A stretch of DNA of 63,831 nucleotides, counting the filler, from Pelomyxa schiedti (lineage: Eukaryota > Protista > Evosea): assembly GCA_020536535.1 (NCBI GenBank). It is 11 parts of 11 records of this genome, joined end to end, with 100 filler letters (N's around TTAATTAATTAA, not from the genome) between each part and the next. Parts side by side here need not be neighbours in the genome. Positions count along the whole stretch, not along the records: positions 62,440 to 63,831 come from JAHLWZ010002543.1; 10 more parts are not named here. One strand, given 5' to 3'. Below are positions 62,440 to 63,831 of this stretch, piece by piece; within the stretch, counting starts at the first letter, position 1, and every line of letters starts with the position of its first letter. Both the position numbers and the translations under genes were made by a program. Under the pieces are notes generated by a model, which saw only the letters and a program-made list of their open reading frames with translations, had not been told where the DNA came from and did no database searches.

Positions 62440-63831
62440 GAAGGTCAGTGAAGTTCCCAATGTAAGCGGAAAAGCAACCATTTCCAAGCTGATTAATTTT
62501 TTCTTTAAGCTCATCTAGATTAATGATATCTAAGTCAACATTGTCGTCATAGTAGTCTCCTTCACGGTATACAGGAGACGTGGCGACTCTTGGATCAGAG
62601 GGTGATGGAAGAGCCCCAGATCGCATCCTTCTAGAATTTTGTACTGAATTTTGTAGATATGTGAGAATGAAAATGTGTCTGAAATGTAGAATTACACGCA
62701 ATAAATTGCTCCACTGTGAGGCCGTGCACAGCAAGATCATCTTCTAAAAGCTTGTGTTGAAGTGCCCGCGCTACAGCCTCATCTCTGGCAAGTTGGTCAA
62801 CCTTGTTATTCCAACAGTTATTTGTCAACGTGAGTGTATTTACACAAAGTTGATCGAGTCAAGAAATAAAGAACAATAAATCATTGGCAGCAAGCGAGAG
62901 AGCCAACAACAGGTTAAAGCAAGCACAATAATAAACTAAACTACTCATACTACTAGATGTACAATAACAAGGTTTGAATGTACCTTTGGCACTGGTGCAC
63001 CAACTTCGGTGTTAATTGGAGCCTCACCTTTCATTTGCAATATTGCATCGATAGTGCGTTCCATGTTCCCTGAGTTCGATGTTGACCTGTTGTCCGAAGT
63101 CCTCAAGGTGTGTGTTCTAGTGGCTAACCCCCCTAGCCACCTGGGTTGGTCGGCAGCCTCACTGAGTTGGTTTCTAATTGTGGGACGATAACAGGCGAAC
63201 CGCGGGCACATGGAACGCACTATCGATGCAATATTGCAAATGAAAGGTGAGGCTCCAATTAACACCGAAGTTGGTGCACCAGTGCCAAAGGTACATTCAA
63301 ACCTTGTTATTGTACTTCTAGTAGTATGAGTAGTTTAGTTTATTATTGTGCTTGCTTTAACCTGTTGTTGGCTCTCTCGCTTGCTGCCAATGGTTTATTG
63401 TTCTTTATTTCTTGACTCAATCAACTTTGTGTAAATACACTCACGTTGACAAATAACTGTTGGAATAAAAAGGTTGACCAACTTGCCAGAGATGAGGCTG
63501 TAGCGCGGGCACTTCAACACAAGCTTTTAGAAGATGATCTTGCTGTTCACGGCCTCACAGTGGAGCAATTTATTGCGTGTAATTCTACATTTCAGACACA
63601 TTTTCATTCTCACATATCTACAAAATTCAGTACAAAATTCTAGAAGGATTCGATCTGGGGCTCTTCCATCACCCTCTGATCCAAGAGTCGCCACGTCTCC
63701 TGTATACCGTGAAGGAGACTACTATGATGACAATGTTGACTTAGATATCATTAATCTAGATGAGCTTAAAGAAAAAATTAATCAGCTTGGAAATGGTTGC
63801 TTTTCCGCTTACATTAACTTCACTGACTTTT
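62440..63831. repeat. Inverted duplication (arms 62440-63066 and 63208-63831, 141-bp spacer)
   Basis: Arms are reverse complements with about 7 substitutions and a 3-bp indel. Junction microhomology CCATGT. Confidence 0.9.
63063..63831 (+). CDS. CUE-domain ubiquitin-binding protein, partial, multi-exon
   Basis: Splicing gives MFPEFDVDLLSEVLK|ANRGHMERTIDAILQM (CUE MFP motif), then QLARDEAVARALQ (UIM/MIU-like). Confidence 0.7.

Overview
Eukaryotic, intron-rich draft sequence. The window is not contiguous. It is 11 scaffolds joined by ten artificial 100-bp linkers (N44-TTAATTAATTAA-N44), with six further N100 scaffold gaps, so neighbourhoods across linkers mean nothing. Genes use the standard code and have short GT-AG introns (about 43-133 bp). 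The expanded lineage-specific families resemble what I recall from the anaerobic archamoeba Pelomyxa; this attribution is inference and unconfirmed. Recognisable genes: a TIGR00027/LCM-type SAM methyltransferase, two Sel1-repeat genes (one fused by splicing to a protein kinase), an FG-GAP/VCBS surface protein, a truncated FAAL-ACP-KS type I PKS/FAS, THOC5, PUS3/TruA, a spliced NMP-kinase-like P-loop protein of unknown function, an MFS transporter, MORN and CUE proteins, six members of a degenerate ankyrin-like family, tRNA-Glu(TTC), a tRNA-Arg(TCG)-like gene with an unpaired acceptor stem, and a Ty3/gypsy pol fragment. The most striking unexplained signals are non-coding. (i) Many genes have CpG-island-like 5' ends and CpG-depleted bodies, and repeat copies show strongly directional G:C to A:T decay, suggesting cytosine methylation or a RIP-like process. 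(ii) A 6-kb ORF-free modular repeat scaffold (41742-47731) carries phased A-tracts, and its end reappears inverted inside the ankyrin cluster. (iii) There is a dispersed 118-bp element with a 3' stem-loop. (iv) There are two different long fold-backs inside a duplicated pseudogene.
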